Shown piece after piece: positions 25,948-38,840 of a DNA stretch of 64,000 nt. How positions within the stretch are numbered: position 1 is the stretch's first letter; each line of letters opens with the position of its first letter. Source of the stretch: Octopus vulgaris (Eukaryota); the NCBI GenBank assembly GCA_951406725.2, contig OX597820.1, positions 111,910,001 to 111,974,000 of the forward strand. Direction: 5' to 3'. Below the pieces are notes generated by a model. It did not search any database, was not told where the DNA came from, and saw only the letters and a list, made by a program, of their open reading frames with translations. Both the position numbers and the translations under genes were made by a program.

Positions 25948-26784
25948 CCATAAATCCTCGAGTATAATCTGCATTTTTTCCCAAAATCCCAAGTGCGTAC
26001 TATATACGAGGTTAAAAATGAAAAATAATTTTCTAAGCAATGTCTGAGTCTTTATTTGCTGTCCGGCAATGTTTATTCAGACGCATTTTGTGATGTCGGG
26101 CACAAAAATACCTTAAGCTAAGCTTGAAAGCAATGAAGTCATAAAAGAATCCTCCATAACTTGCAGTAAGCAACATTTATTAAAATAAAAGTATTCAGAA
26201 CACAGAATAACATGTAACAAAAACAATCTGCAAACATATTTACATTCCCATATAACAGTTAAGAACATCACCATTATTGTATTATGCTTGCGCGGAATTG
26301 TTTGTTAGACTAGGTGCTATTGGCTTAATTACGTACGAATTGTGCTTAATAGTTTAGTTCATCCTGCTGTTTGTATTGGCAGTTTGCATCATTACCGTGT
26401 CAAACAATAGATACTTAATTAAATACCAGTATTAAATATTTGAACTACTGTGGGTCTTTACTAGAATTTTTTTATAAGTGTGACTTAAACCTGTACATTA
26501 ATCTCCAATAAAACATTTTATACATTACATGCCCATAAAATGCCTCGTAGATCTTATTCAGCTATTTTAAAACTTGAAGTTATATCATATGCTGAAGAGC
26601 ATGGTAATAGGGCCGCCTGAAGAACAATTTAGAAAGCTACATGTTTGCATAATGTTATATATACAATAATAATAAAGGACGTTATCGTATACATTTTTAC
26701 AAACCAAGGGACGTTATATTTGACTCAAGTTAGAGAAGGGGCGCATATTATACTCAAGGGAGGACTATACTCGAGGATTTACAG
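25948..26784 (+). mobile_element. pogo-family non-autonomous transposon
   Basis: TA flanks; TIR c(ca/tg)taaatcctcgagtata; internal remnant KLEVISYAEEHGNRAA (Brinker-type DNA-binding start of pogo/POGK-like transposases) at about 26570-26617. Confidence 0.8.
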
Positions 26785-26786
26785 TA

Positions 26787-27281
26787 TCATCATCATCATC
26801 GTTTAGCGTCCGATTTCCATGCTAGCATGGGTTGGACGGGTCAACTGGGGTCTGTGAAGCTGGAAGGCTTCGTCAGGCCCAGTCAGATCTGGCAGTGTTT
26901 CTACGGCTGGATGCCCTTCCTAACGCCAACCACTCCGCGAGTGTAGTGGGTGTTTTTTACGTGCCACCTGCACAGGTGCCAGACAGAGCTGGCGAACGGC
27001 CACGAACGGATGGTGCTTTTACGTGTCACCGGCACGGGGCCAGGCGATGCTGGCAACGGACACGAACGGATGGTGCTTTTACGTGCCACCGACACGGGAC
27101 CAGACAGAGCTGGCAACCGGCCACGAATGGACGGTGCTTTTACGTGTCACCGGCACGGGGGCCAGCCGAGGCTGGCAACGGACGCGAACGGATGGTGCTT
27201 TTACGTGCTACCGACACGGTTGCCAGACAGAGCTGGCAAACGGCCACGAGCGGACGGTGCTTTTACGTGTCACCGGCACGA

Positions 27282-27282
<1 letters not shown>
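26787..27282 (-). repeat. RTE 3' tail with about five 60-62-bp minisatellite units
   Basis: (CAT)n start, then cacgaacggatggtgcttttacgtg(t/c)caccg(g/a)cacgg repeated at about 27001, 27061, 27122, 27184 and 27246. Confidence 0.8.
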
Positions 27283-27327
<45 letters not shown>

Positions 27328-27890
27328 CATGTGTGTGCGTGTATATATATGTGTATAAGTGTGTATATCTATATCTATAAAAGGCAGGATGTGTGTGTGT
27401 GTGTGTACATGAATGCAATTTATGCGCATCCACAAATTAGCATGCATGTCACTCTAATTTTAGGAAGACATTGGTCACAATCATGGCTGTGTTTTTGTCA
27501 ACTTATTTTTCCTGTAGCACCCTCAGACAGCAGTAAAAATCGATTTTCAACCATAACTTTTACCAATTTCCACATCAGTGAAATCTTTAAGTTTGCTAAC
27601 ATGAGTTAAGTCCCCTGCAATGGTGATTATTAAACAGAAAGAAATGTATACATAGCTTTAATTATACAGGGAAACAAAGATGAACTGCTCTGAAAGAAAT
27701 GTATATATTGTATACATATAGTACATGTATATATTTAATTTGTCTATATATTTCATTTTAACATTAATGTTGGTTTATTCAATTAGAAAATAAAAACCTA
27801 ATGACAATGTAATTAGCAACTAGCACATTTTGTTTCTTAGTTTCTGTTTGTTTTAATATTTAAATATATATATATATATATATATATATA

Positions 27891-29509
27891 CAGTTGCGGC
27901 CAAAATGTTCAGAACGGCATTGTTTTTGTCAGAAAAGTAAGTATAAGTTTTTATCAAAGTAGTTTTATATTCTATAATTTTCACAGAAAATAAATACAAT
28001 ATTAATTGTTATTGTCTGAGATTTTGGTGTAATTTGAGAGGATAATACAAAAGTTATGGATGATTTAGTGATTTACTGCAAAACACATGGCGGCCAAAAT
28101 GATCAGAACGGTTGAAAAAATAACAAAATAATCAAAAATGACAGAGAATACTGGAATTATTTAATATTTAGTGTGAAGCTCTTTAGCTTCAATCACACTC
28201 TGACATCTTCGACTGCATGAGGAAATTAAATTTTCAATTTCTTGCTGGGTGATCTTATTCCATTCTTCCTGAAGGGCATTCCATATTTGCTCAGTTGTTT
28301 TAGGATTTCTGGCTTTCGAACGTTCTCCTCGAATATTTTCAATAGGATTGAGATCTGGGCTTTGAGCAGGCCAATCCATAACAATAACCTTTTCAGCCTT
28401 GAGGAAGTTCATGACCACCTTAGCCTTGTGACATGGGGCATTGTCCTGCATGAATATGGGTGGTCGCTTAGTTGAATTTCTCAGCACAGGCAAGACATGA
28501 TCTTTTACAAGTTGTTTATAAACTCCTGCATTTACCTTTCCATGTAATCGCACCAAAGGGCCCACACCATCTCCAGATATCATCCCCCAAACCATGACAC
28601 TTCCTCCACCGAATTTAACACTAGTCTTAAGGCATTTAGGCAACAATTTTTCACCTACTTTTCTATGAACCAAATAACATAAACATCTGAGCCAAATAAC
28701 ATAAACTTAGATTCATCACTGAAATGCACCGTTTGCCATTTTTCTTGAGACCACAAAACATGTTCGGTTGCAAAGGTAAGATGACACTTTTTATTCTTGG
28801 AGCTAATCAGTGGCTTCACTGCAGGTGCTCTTGCTTGTAGGTCATGTTCAACTAAACGATGAGACAGTTTTTCGAGATAAAGTTTTCTTCAGTACAATGC
28901 TCATTTTCCGAGAAACAGCAGCAGTAGTTTTAAATCTGTCCTTTTTAACCAACTTTACCATAGCACGATCTTCTCTCTTGGTCGTTTTTCTTGGCCTACC
29001 TGTAAACTTTCTTGCTTCACACGAACCACAATCATCGTAGACCTTAAGAATACCGTGTACAACACTTTTTGACTTGTTAACAATCTTTGCAATAGATCCA
29101 ATACTTAAATTATCCTTCCTTCGAGCTTAATAATCTGCTGACGAATTGGTAACGGAGTAAGTGGCATTATATTAACAAAGTACACTGCAAATATTCTTAC
29201 TAATGTTTAGTAAACGAACTGTCACGTAAACAAATTCAAAACATTAGAGTTCGCCGGTTAAATATACTAAAACACGGAGTAAAAGCAACCGTTCTGATCA
29301 TTTACGCCGCCATGAGTTTTGCAGTAAATCACTAAATCATCCATAACTTTTGTATTATCCTCTCAAATTACACCAAAATCTAAGGCAATAACAAATAATA
29401 TCGTATTTATTGTCTGTGAAAATTATAGAATATAAAACAACTTTGATAAAAAATTATATCTACTTTTCTGACGAAAACAATGCCATTCTGAACATTTTGG
29501 CCGCAACTG
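27891..29509 (-). mobile_element. Tc1-family (IR/DR type, DD34E) transposon, full length with frameshifts
   Basis: Inserted in (TA)n. About 220-bp TIRs starting CAGTTGCGGCCAAAATGTTCAGAA, with an inner direct repeat at about 28090. Transposase from ATG 29167 to 28161 with GRPRKTT, HFSDESKF, KFGGGSVMVWG, MQDNAPCH and WPAQSPDLNPIEN. Confidence 0.95.
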
Positions 29510-29544
<35 letters not shown>

Positions 29545-29768
29545 ATACACACACACAAAGATAAATTGATAGATACAACTGAGTGGGCAAATAAAAATAT
29601 GAGGCATTGCCTAGTGCTTTTTTTCATTTTGATAAGCCTGGTACTTATTCTATCAGTTTCTTCTTGTGAAACTAGTAAGTTATGGGGATGTAAATAACAC
29701 CAGTTGTGAAGCAGTGATGAGGGAGAAACACAAAGACACACACATAGACTTACATATATATATATATA

Positions 29769-29804
<36 letters not shown>

Positions 29805-29999
29805 TGATGTCTTTCAGTTTCTGTCTACAAAATCCACTCACAAGGCTTTGGTTGGTCTGAGGCTATAGCAGAAGACACATACCAAGTCACCACACAGTGG
29901 GACTGAACCTAGGACCATGTGTTTTGGAACAAAGTTTGTTACCCCACAGCTACACCTGCACCTATGTATGTGTGTGGGGGGGTGTATGTATGTGTGTAT

Positions 30000-30360
30000 G
30001 GGTGTATATATGTATGCATGCATATATGTGTACATATTACATGTACATCTAAATATATATACATCTATACATATACAGCTATACATATACATGTATACAT
30101 ATACAGCTATACATGTACATGTATACATATACAGCTATACATTTACATGTATATATATACATCCATATATATACATGTATATATATATATATATACATCC
30201 ATATATATACATGTATATATATACATGTATATATATATATACATCCATATGTATACATCTATATGTATACATCCATATGTATACATCTATATGTATACAT
30301 CCATATGTATACATCTATATGTATACATCCATATGTATACATCTATATATATACACATGT
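30000..30360. repeat. (TA/CA)-derived minisatellite (about 16-bp atatgtatacatc(c/t)at units)
   Basis: Direct inspection. Confidence 0.8.
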
Positions 30361-30489
30361 AAATTTAAATATAAAATAATAAGGGTGAAAAATTGAATAT
30401 TAATTTGATAAATATGAATTGAAAACCAGTGGTGTAGCATAGCAGATCTTCTAGCAAAATGGATGTCCACTGTTAATGGTTCATCCCTG

Positions 30490-30780
30490 TTATATAATAG
30501 TTTGAGTTAAATAGTTTCAGCATTAAAGTGAAAGTATCTGACATTACAATAGAGATGTTTTTGTTTCACTTTTAACACGTAATACTGAAATAGAGGAGAA
30601 GAGATGATATTGCTGTTGGCTCACCCTAGGCAAGAAGTTAAAACATTTTTTTGCCCATGACACTATATGGAACCTAAGTAAGGCATGTGTAAAATTTGAA
30701 TGAAATTGGTTGTGTAGTTCTCAAGTTTTAGGGATTCACACAGACAGACACACATTCTCAGTTTTATATATTTAGATATA
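30490..30780 (-). mobile_element. Possible Helentron-associated (DINE/HINE-like) element
   Basis: Minus strand starts atctaaatatataaaactgagaatgtgtgtctgtctg, the HINE-type start with a short GTCT repeat; a similar start lies at about 27372 (+). Confidence 0.4.
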
Positions 30781-31605
30781 TACACACAGCCAAGTATGAT
30801 ATACATACATATACACACAAATATATATATGCATATATATATATACATACATATACATGCATACATATACATATATATATATATATAATATATACACACA
30901 CATATATACACATACATACATATATACACAAACATATAAACACACCCATATACACATATTCCCACAAAATATTCTCATGCACATACCAAGCACATGCCAT
31001 GCACACACAGGCATGCAATACTCACACACAGGCATGCAATACTCACACACACACACACACACACAAACACAAACATGCACATACACTCACACAATACTAA
31101 CACATGCATAGCATATTCACACAGATGTACTGAAGGCTTAACAATTTAATTATAGATCAGTTTTGTTAAAATTACTAACTAAGCTATGAATCGGGGGGGG
31201 GGGGGGGTATGAATATTGTATTTGTAGACACACATAACTAGTAAATAACTTTCAAAACTTGCTGCAGGCAGTAGCAGTATTATCCATATGGTAGCCATGG
31301 ATTAGAGAGTCAAGCAGAGGGAGAGGATTAAAGCAGTAGTAATATGTGGCAATGCCTATGTGAGTAAAGAAATGTTAATGATGATAGTGGTAACAATTAA
31401 GATGGTGATGATAATGTGATGACAATAGTAAAGATAGTCATGTGTTATGGTTAGTGATGCAATATGGTGGAGTGTTTTTCACAAATTGTTACTCACTATT
31501 TCATGTAACTGATCACCAAACAGTCATGAGTATTTTGAACACTACTATGGTATTGTGAGAGTTTATGAAGCCTTTTCAGTTTCGATAAAATATTCAATCA
31601 ATCAA

Positions 31606-31661
<56 letters not shown>

Positions 31662-31664
<3 letters not shown>

Positions 31665-31943
31665 GAGGCGCAATGGCCCAGTGGTTAGGGCAGCAGACTC
31701 GCGGTTTCGATTCCCAGACCGGGCGTTGTGAGTGTTTATTGAGCGAAAACACCTAAAAGCTCCACGAGGCTCCGGCAGGGGGTGGTGATCCCTGCTGTTC
31801 TCTTTCATCACTCTTTCTCCTGTTGGCCTGCTCGCTTAGCCAGCGGGGTGGCGTCATTCGAAAGTTAAAACAATGTGAATGCATTGTGACCAGCGATGTG
31901 TAACTACATCTGATAGACTGGTCGGTCACGTGATCACGTGATA
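31662..31943 (+). repeat. tRNA-derived SINE, near full length (OR-family-like head)
   Basis: A box tggcccagtggtt, B box gtttcgattcc, body gagcgaaaacacctaaaagctccacgaggctccggcaggggg, tail (tcacgtga)2; inserted in (TA)n. Confidence 0.8.
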
Positions 31944-31998
31944 TACATATATATATATATATATATATATCATCATCATCATCATTTAACGATGATGA

Positions 31999-32042
<44 letters not shown>

Positions 32043-32068
32043 TCATCATCATCATTTAACGATGATGA

Positions 32069-32107
<39 letters not shown>

Positions 32108-32108
<1 letters not shown>

Positions 32109-32173
32109 GTACCCATCTAGCTACCTATGATGATAGCTAGCTAGATGGGTATGTATATGTAAATTATATCATG

Positions 32174-32217
<44 letters not shown>

Positions 32218-33076
32218 CTAGCTAGATGGGTATGTATATGTAAATTATATCATGTATATTATAGATATATATATATAGCTAGCTAGATGATGGTATGTAT
32301 ATGTAAATTATATCATGTATATTATAGATATATATATATAGCTAGCTAGATGGGTATGTATATGTAAATTATATCATGTATATTATAGATATATATATAT
32401 AGCTAGCTAGATGGGTATGTATATGTAAATTATATCATGTATATTATAGATATATATATAGCTAGCTAGATGGGTATGTATATGTAAATTATATCATGTA
32501 TATTATAGATATATGTATATAGCTAGCTAGATGGGTATGTATATGTAAATTATATCATGTATATTATAGATATATATATATATAGGTAGCTAGATGGGTA
32601 TAGGTAGCTAGATGGGTATGTATATGTAAATTATATCTAGCTAGCTATATATATATATATTACATATGTAAATTATATCATGTATATTATATATATATAG
32701 CTAGCTAGCTAGATGGGTAGGTATATGTAAATTATATCATGTATATATTACATATGTAAATTATATCATGTATATTATATATATAGCTAGCTACCTAGAT
32801 GGGTATGTATATGTAAATTATATCATGTATATTATAGATATATATATATGTAGCTAGATGGGTATGTATATGTAAATTATATCATGTATATTATAGATAT
32901 ATATATATATAGGTAGCTAGATGGGTATAGGTAGCTAGATGGGTATGTATATGTAAATTATATCATGTATATTATATATATATAGGTAGCTAGATGGGTA
33001 GGTATATGTAAATTATATGAATATTATATATATATATATATAGCTAGCTAGATGGGTATGTTTATGTAAATTATAT
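32108..33076. repeat. Tandem satellite, about 59-60-bp unit, roughly 15 copies
   Basis: Unit tagctagctagatgggtatgtatatgtaaattatatcatgtatattatagatatatatata with variable TA length. Confidence 0.92.
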
Positions 33077-33499
33077 CGGTAACCACTGAGCCTCAGGTTT
33101 TATGTCGGAGTTATCCCAGTTACCTGAGCTGCCTTCTCCTAGAAGGATGCCCTAACAAAGGCTAGGAGTCCTTCACTCCCAATGGTTTAACCGTGCGATC
33201 GGGTATTCAGTCTGATTATTTCTATGTCTCCGCGTATGATACAGCCTTAAGCTGGATACGATTGATATATGGAGAAAAAAAATGAAAAATGAAATAAAAC
33301 ATACGATATATATATATATATAAAAAACATTGATATACAAAATATACATCAAATATATGATGTGAAGTATATAAAAATTTATATAATGAGCAAGCTATAA
33401 AAATATACAATATATCAAAAATTAGTGAGAAAAAGGCAGATATATAGTATATATATAATTACACATGTGTAATATATATATATATATATTATAACTTAT

Positions 33500-36400
33500 C
33501 AGTCAGGGGACTCTGCTAGCCAAATAGACTTCATCCTCACCAGACAGCGGGATGCAGGGTCGCTCTTAAATACAAAGACCCTCCCGGGTGAAGAGTGTAT
33601 CCCTCAGCATAGGCTAATAATTAGTGACTTTAGGCTTGAGGCCAGAAGGACTCCAAGAAACAGACCAATCCAGAAAAGAAGGATTTGGAAGCTAAAGAAC
33701 CCTTCACATGGTCAGAGATTTAGGGACATCCTCATCAAGAAATTTGATGAGAGGGAGGAGGAGCTACAGACGTTGGACATAGAAGGTAGCTGGAAATTCC
33801 TACGGGACAGCTTACTGAGTGCCACAGACCAAGTCTGTGGATGGTGCAAAGTTCCTTCCAGGCCTAGAGTTACGTGGTGGTGGAATAGTGCAGTAGACAA
33901 AGCCATTAGTTCTAAGAAACAGGCCTGGAGAGCCTGGAGGGATGGGGGTAGCAGGGAACCGTACCAAGTAGCCAAAAGGGAGGCCGGGCGGCAGGTATAC
34001 ATAGCCAAAGATATAGCAGAAAAGAAGAAGTTTGCCAATGTCCAGCGACGTGAGGACCAAAGAACTGAGGTATTTCGTATTGATAGACAGTGTGTGAGAG
34101 AAAATAGTGATGTTACAGGAGAGAAATGTGTCCGCATGGATGATGGGGCACTTGCCTTTAATGTTGGTGAAAAGAAAGAGGCTTGGAGAAGCCATTATGA
34201 AAGACTGCTGAATGTGGAGAATGAATGGGAGGAGGAGAGCCTGCCAAATGTTGACCCAGTAGAGGGACCAGCTATCCGAATAGACGGCTCCCTAGTAGAT
34301 AAAGCAATTAAGGATATGAAACCGGGTAAAGCCCTCGGCCCATCAGGAATCACTGCTGAGATGCTTAAAATAGCTGGTTATGTGGGCTATGGCCTAGTCA
34401 CCCGTATTGTTAACCAGGTAGTTCATAATGGAGTCATACCCAATGACTGGCGTAGCAGCACCATAGTCAACTGCTACAAGGGTAAGGGTGATGCTCTAGA
34501 TAGAAATAACTACAGGGGTATTAAACTGTTGGATCAGGTGATGAAGACCACAGAGAGGGTCATAACCCATCTCATTAGGGAGAGAATTTGCTTAGATGAG
34601 ATGCAGTTCGGTTTTGTGCCAGGTAGAAGCACCACTGATGCTATATTCCTGGTCCGACAACTACAGGAGAAGTACCTAGCTAAAGATAAACCCCTCTACA
34701 TAGCTTTTGTGGACTTGGAGAAAGCCTTTGACAGGGTTCCCCGATCCCTTATCTGGTGGTCGATGCGGAAACTGTTGATTGACGAATGGCTAATAAGGGC
34801 TGTACAGGCTCTATACAGAGAGGCTGTCAGCAAGGTTAGGATTGGCAACGAATAAAGTGAAGAATTCCGGGTAGAAGTAGGTGTACACCAGGGCTCAGCC
34901 CTCAGTCCCCTTTTATTCATCATAGTCCTCCAGGCAATAACAGAGGAATTCAAAACAGGTTGCCCCTGGGAGCTCCTCTATGCTGATGACCTGGCCCTCA
35001 TAGCAGAATCACTACCGGAACTAAAAAAGAAATTTTGGGTGTGGAAACAAGGGTTAGAATCTAAGGGCCTTAGAGTAAATGTAGCGAAGACCAAAAGTTA
35101 TAGTATGCAGAAAGGCGAACTCAGCACATACCCCATCGGGCAGGTGGCCCTGCTCGAGCTGTAGGAAAGGTGTAGGTAGAAACTCCATAAGATGCACCCA
35201 GTGTAAGCTATGGACGCATAAGAAGTGCAGCAACATCAAAGGGAAATTAACTGATAAGATAGCTTTCATGTGCGGCAGATGCACAGGGACAATAGACACG
35301 ACAGACACTCAAAAGACAGATTCCATCACACTCCAGGGGGAGAAACTAGAAGTAGTTGATAGTTTCCGCTACCTGGGTGACCAAGTTAGTAGTGGGGGTG
35401 GATGCTCAGAGAGTGTCACCACTAGAATACGAATAGCCTGGGCAAAGTTTAGAAAGCTCCTACCCCTACTGGCAACAAAGGGTCTCTCACTCAGAGTGAA
35501 AGGTAGATTGTATGATGCATGTGTGCGAACTGCCATGCTTCACGGCAGTGAAACATGGGCCGTGACTGCAGAGGACATGCGTAGACTTGAAAGAAATGAA
35601 GCTAGCATGATCTGCTGGATGTGTAATGTCAGTGTGAATGCACGACAGAGTGTAAGCACCCTGAGAGAAATGCTAGGCATAAGAAGCATCAGATGCGGTG
35701 TGCAAGAGCGACGCTTGCGATGGTATGGTCATGTACTGCAGATGGATGAGGAGAGATGTGTGAAGAAGTGCCACTCCCGAACAGTTGAAGGAATCAGGGG
35801 GAGAGGTAGACCCAGGAAGACATGGGATGAGGTAGTCAAGCATGACCTCAGAGCGTTGGGCCTCACTGAGGCAATGGCGAAGGACCGAGATCTCTGGAGA
35901 TGTGCTGTGACTACTAAGACTCGGGATGCTTCCGGCACCAGTTCCGCATACCCCCTGCCCATCCAAAGTACCTTGGATCCCGGAACATCTCGCTGTGCTT
36001 GAGGAGACCTGTCGAGTCAAGTGCATATACATGAACATCGAACCAAATATCAATGGAAACAGTAGCTGTGATACCTGTGCCGGTGACACATAAAAAGCAC
36101 CATCCGAACGTGGCCGATGCCAGCATCGCCCCGACTGGCTTCTGTGCCGGTGGCACATAAAAAGCACCATCCGAACATGGCCGATGCCAGCACTGCCTCG
36201 ACTGGCTTCTGTGCCGGTGGCACATAAAAAGCACCAACCGATCGTAGGATCCCGGAACATCTCGCTGTGCTTGAGGAGACCTGTTGAGTCAAGTGCATGT
36301 ACATGAACATCGAACCAAATATCAATGGAAACAGTAGCTGTGATACCTGTGCCGGTGACACATAAAAAGCACCATCCGAACGTGGCCGATGCCAGCATCG

Positions 36401-37192
36401 CCCTGACTGGCTTCTGTGCCGGTGGCACATAAAAAGCACCATCCGAACATGGCCGATGCCAGCACTGCCTCGACTGGCTTCTGTGCCGGTGGCACATAAA
36501 AAGCACCAACCGATCGTAGGATCCCGGAACATCTCGCTGTGCTTGAGGAGACCTGTTGAGTCAAGTGCATATACATAAACATTGAACCAAATATCAATGG
36601 AAACAGTAGTTGTGATACCTGTGCCGGTGACACATAAAAAGCACCATCCGAACGTGGCCGTTGCCAGTGCAGCCTGCACTGGCTTCTGTGCCGGTGGCAC
36701 ATAAAAAGCACCATCCAAACGTAACCGATGCCAACCCCGCCTCGAAGGGCTTCTGTGCCGGTGGCACATGAACATCGAACCAAATATCAATGGAAACAGT
36801 AGTTGTGATACCTGTGCCGGTGACACATAAAAAGCACCATCCGAACGTGGCCGTTGCCAGTGCAGCCTCCACTGGCTTCTGTGCCGGTGGCACATAAAAA
36901 GCACCATCCGAACGTGACCGAAGCCAACCCTGCCTCGAATGGCTTCTGTGCCGGTGGCACATAAAAAAGCACCAACCGATCGTGGCCGATGCCAGACCCC
37001 TCTGGCACCTGTGCAGGTGGCACGTAAAAAGCACCCACTACACTCGCGGAGTGGTTGGCGTTAGGAAGGGCATCCAGCTGTAGAAACACTGCCAGATCAG
37101 ACTGGAGCCTGGGGCAGCCCCTGGCTCCCTAGACCCCGGTCGAACCGTCCAACCCGTGCTAGCACGGAAAACGGTCGTTAAACGATGATGAT
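33500..37192 (+). mobile_element. RTE-clade LINE, 5'-truncated, young (one premature stop, one frameshift), with an expanded 3' UTR
   Basis: APE C-terminus (QIDFILTR...QHRLII), TWWWN, NYRGIKLL, QFGFVPGRSTTDAIF, FVDLEKAFDRV, GVHQGSALSPLLF, LLYADD, FRYLG, LRWYGHV and RGRPRKTW. TAA at 34853-55; frameshift near 35100; ends gttaaacgatgatgat. Confidence 0.95.
35975..37035 (+). repeat. Hierarchical tandem array in the RTE 3' UTR (67-bp units within 272-bp blocks)
   Basis: ggatcccggaacatctcgc starts at 35975, 36247 and 36519 (period 272). tgtgccggtg(g/a)cacataaaaagcacc recurs about 13 times, with local period 67. Confidence 0.92.
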
Positions 37193-37466
37193 ATACACGC
37201 ATACATATAATATATATAAATGCATACATATACATGCATACATATAATATATATACATGCATATATATATACACACACACATATATAAATATATATACAT
37301 ATATATACATACATACATTTATATAAACATATATATACATACATATAAACATACATTTATATAAAAATATATATATATATATATATATACATACATATAA
37401 ACATATATATATACATACATATATATATATATATAAACATATATATATACACACATAAATGTACAC

Positions 37467-37525
<59 letters not shown>

Positions 37526-38129
37526 TATAAACGAACATATATATATATATACATACACATATATATAAACGAACATACATACACACACACATATATATAT
37601 ACATATATATATACATATATACACATACATACATATATACACGTACATACATACATATATACACATACATACATATATACACAAACATACATATATATAT
37701 ATAAATAGTAAATGTTCCTTTTCTAGCCATGCCAGGCTCATAAGGGCTGGTTTTCCGGTTTCAGTGGCACAGAAATTCTCCACCTGGAAGGGACACCGGT
37801 CTGTTGCAGGATTGCTCACTTTTGCCAGCTGAGTTGATTGCAGCAACGTGAAATGAAGTGTTTTGCTCAAGAACACAACACATACATATATATACATATA
37901 CACATGCATATATATATATACTTACAAATATATACATATATAAATACAAACATATATATATATATATACATACATATATATATATCATCATCATCATCAT
38001 CGTTTAACGTCCGGCAATGGCCACGATTGGTTGGTGGTTTTTACGTGCCACCAATATTGAACCGAGGAACCAGCCATCTCAGTTGATAGCAGCATAACAG
38101 ATAAGGGCTTTCCCTATCTTCATATCCTT

Positions 38130-38840
38130 AATTGTAAGGATATGAAGAAAGGGAAAGCCCCTTGGCTGAGATGATAAAAATTTCTGGTGGTGTAGGATGC
38201 AGCTTAGTCACTTGTATAATTAATCAGGTCATTAAGTAAGGAACTATCTCCAATAACTGGTGTAGTAGTATCATAGTTAGCTGCTACAAAGGTAAAACAG
38301 ATGCCTTAGATAAACAACTACAGTGGTATTAAACTGCTAAACCAAGTCATGAGAGTTACTGAGAGGATTATAGCTCAATTGATTAGGGATAGATTTTAAC
38401 TAGATGAGATACAGTTTAGTTTTGTACCTGGGAAGAGTATCACAGATGCCAACTTCCTAGTGAGACAACTGCAGGAAAAGTACTTGGTCAAAAGTAAGCC
38501 ATTGTACTTAGCCTTTAATGACCTGGAGAAAACTATCGACAGAGTTCTCCGCTCTTCTTTATGGTGTTGTCTAAGGAAGTTAGGAGTAGAGGAATGGCTT
38601 GTTAGAGCTGTACAAGCCATATACAGTGGTGCTGTCAGTAAGGTAAGAGTCAACTATGAATAGTGATGAATTTAGCATACAAGTAGGGGTTCACCAGGGC
38701 TCAGTTCTCAGCCCACTCATTATAGTCCTCCAGGCCATAACAAAGGAATTCAAAACTGGATACCTGTGGGAACTGCTACATGCTGATGACCTTGCTCTAA
38801 TTGCAGAATCTTTAGCAGAATTGGAGAAGAAATTCCAGAT
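38130..38840 (+). mobile_element. RTE LINE RT fragment, older
   Basis: RQLQEKYL.K.KPLYLAF.DLEK..DRV, GVHQGSVLSPL, ELLHADDL. Confidence 0.85.

Noticed and set aside
31662-31725. Possible tRNA gene
   Set aside because: It has A and B boxes but no complete cloverleaf, and it continues into a SINE body found again at 59015.
35975-37035. CRISPR-like repeat-spacer array
   Set aside because: Eukaryotic LINE 3' UTR with no cas genes; the variable parts are short, related to each other and repeated in higher-order blocks.
35673-37089. Long repetitive minus-strand ORFs (278 and 285 aa, and others)
   Set aside because: They are antisense translations of the tandem array, with no coding signature.
37038-38086. 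YI/CV-rich ORFs here and at 24500-24840, 29900-31100 and 8618-9161
   Set aside because: Translations of (TA)n/(CA)n microsatellites and AT-rich low-complexity DNA.
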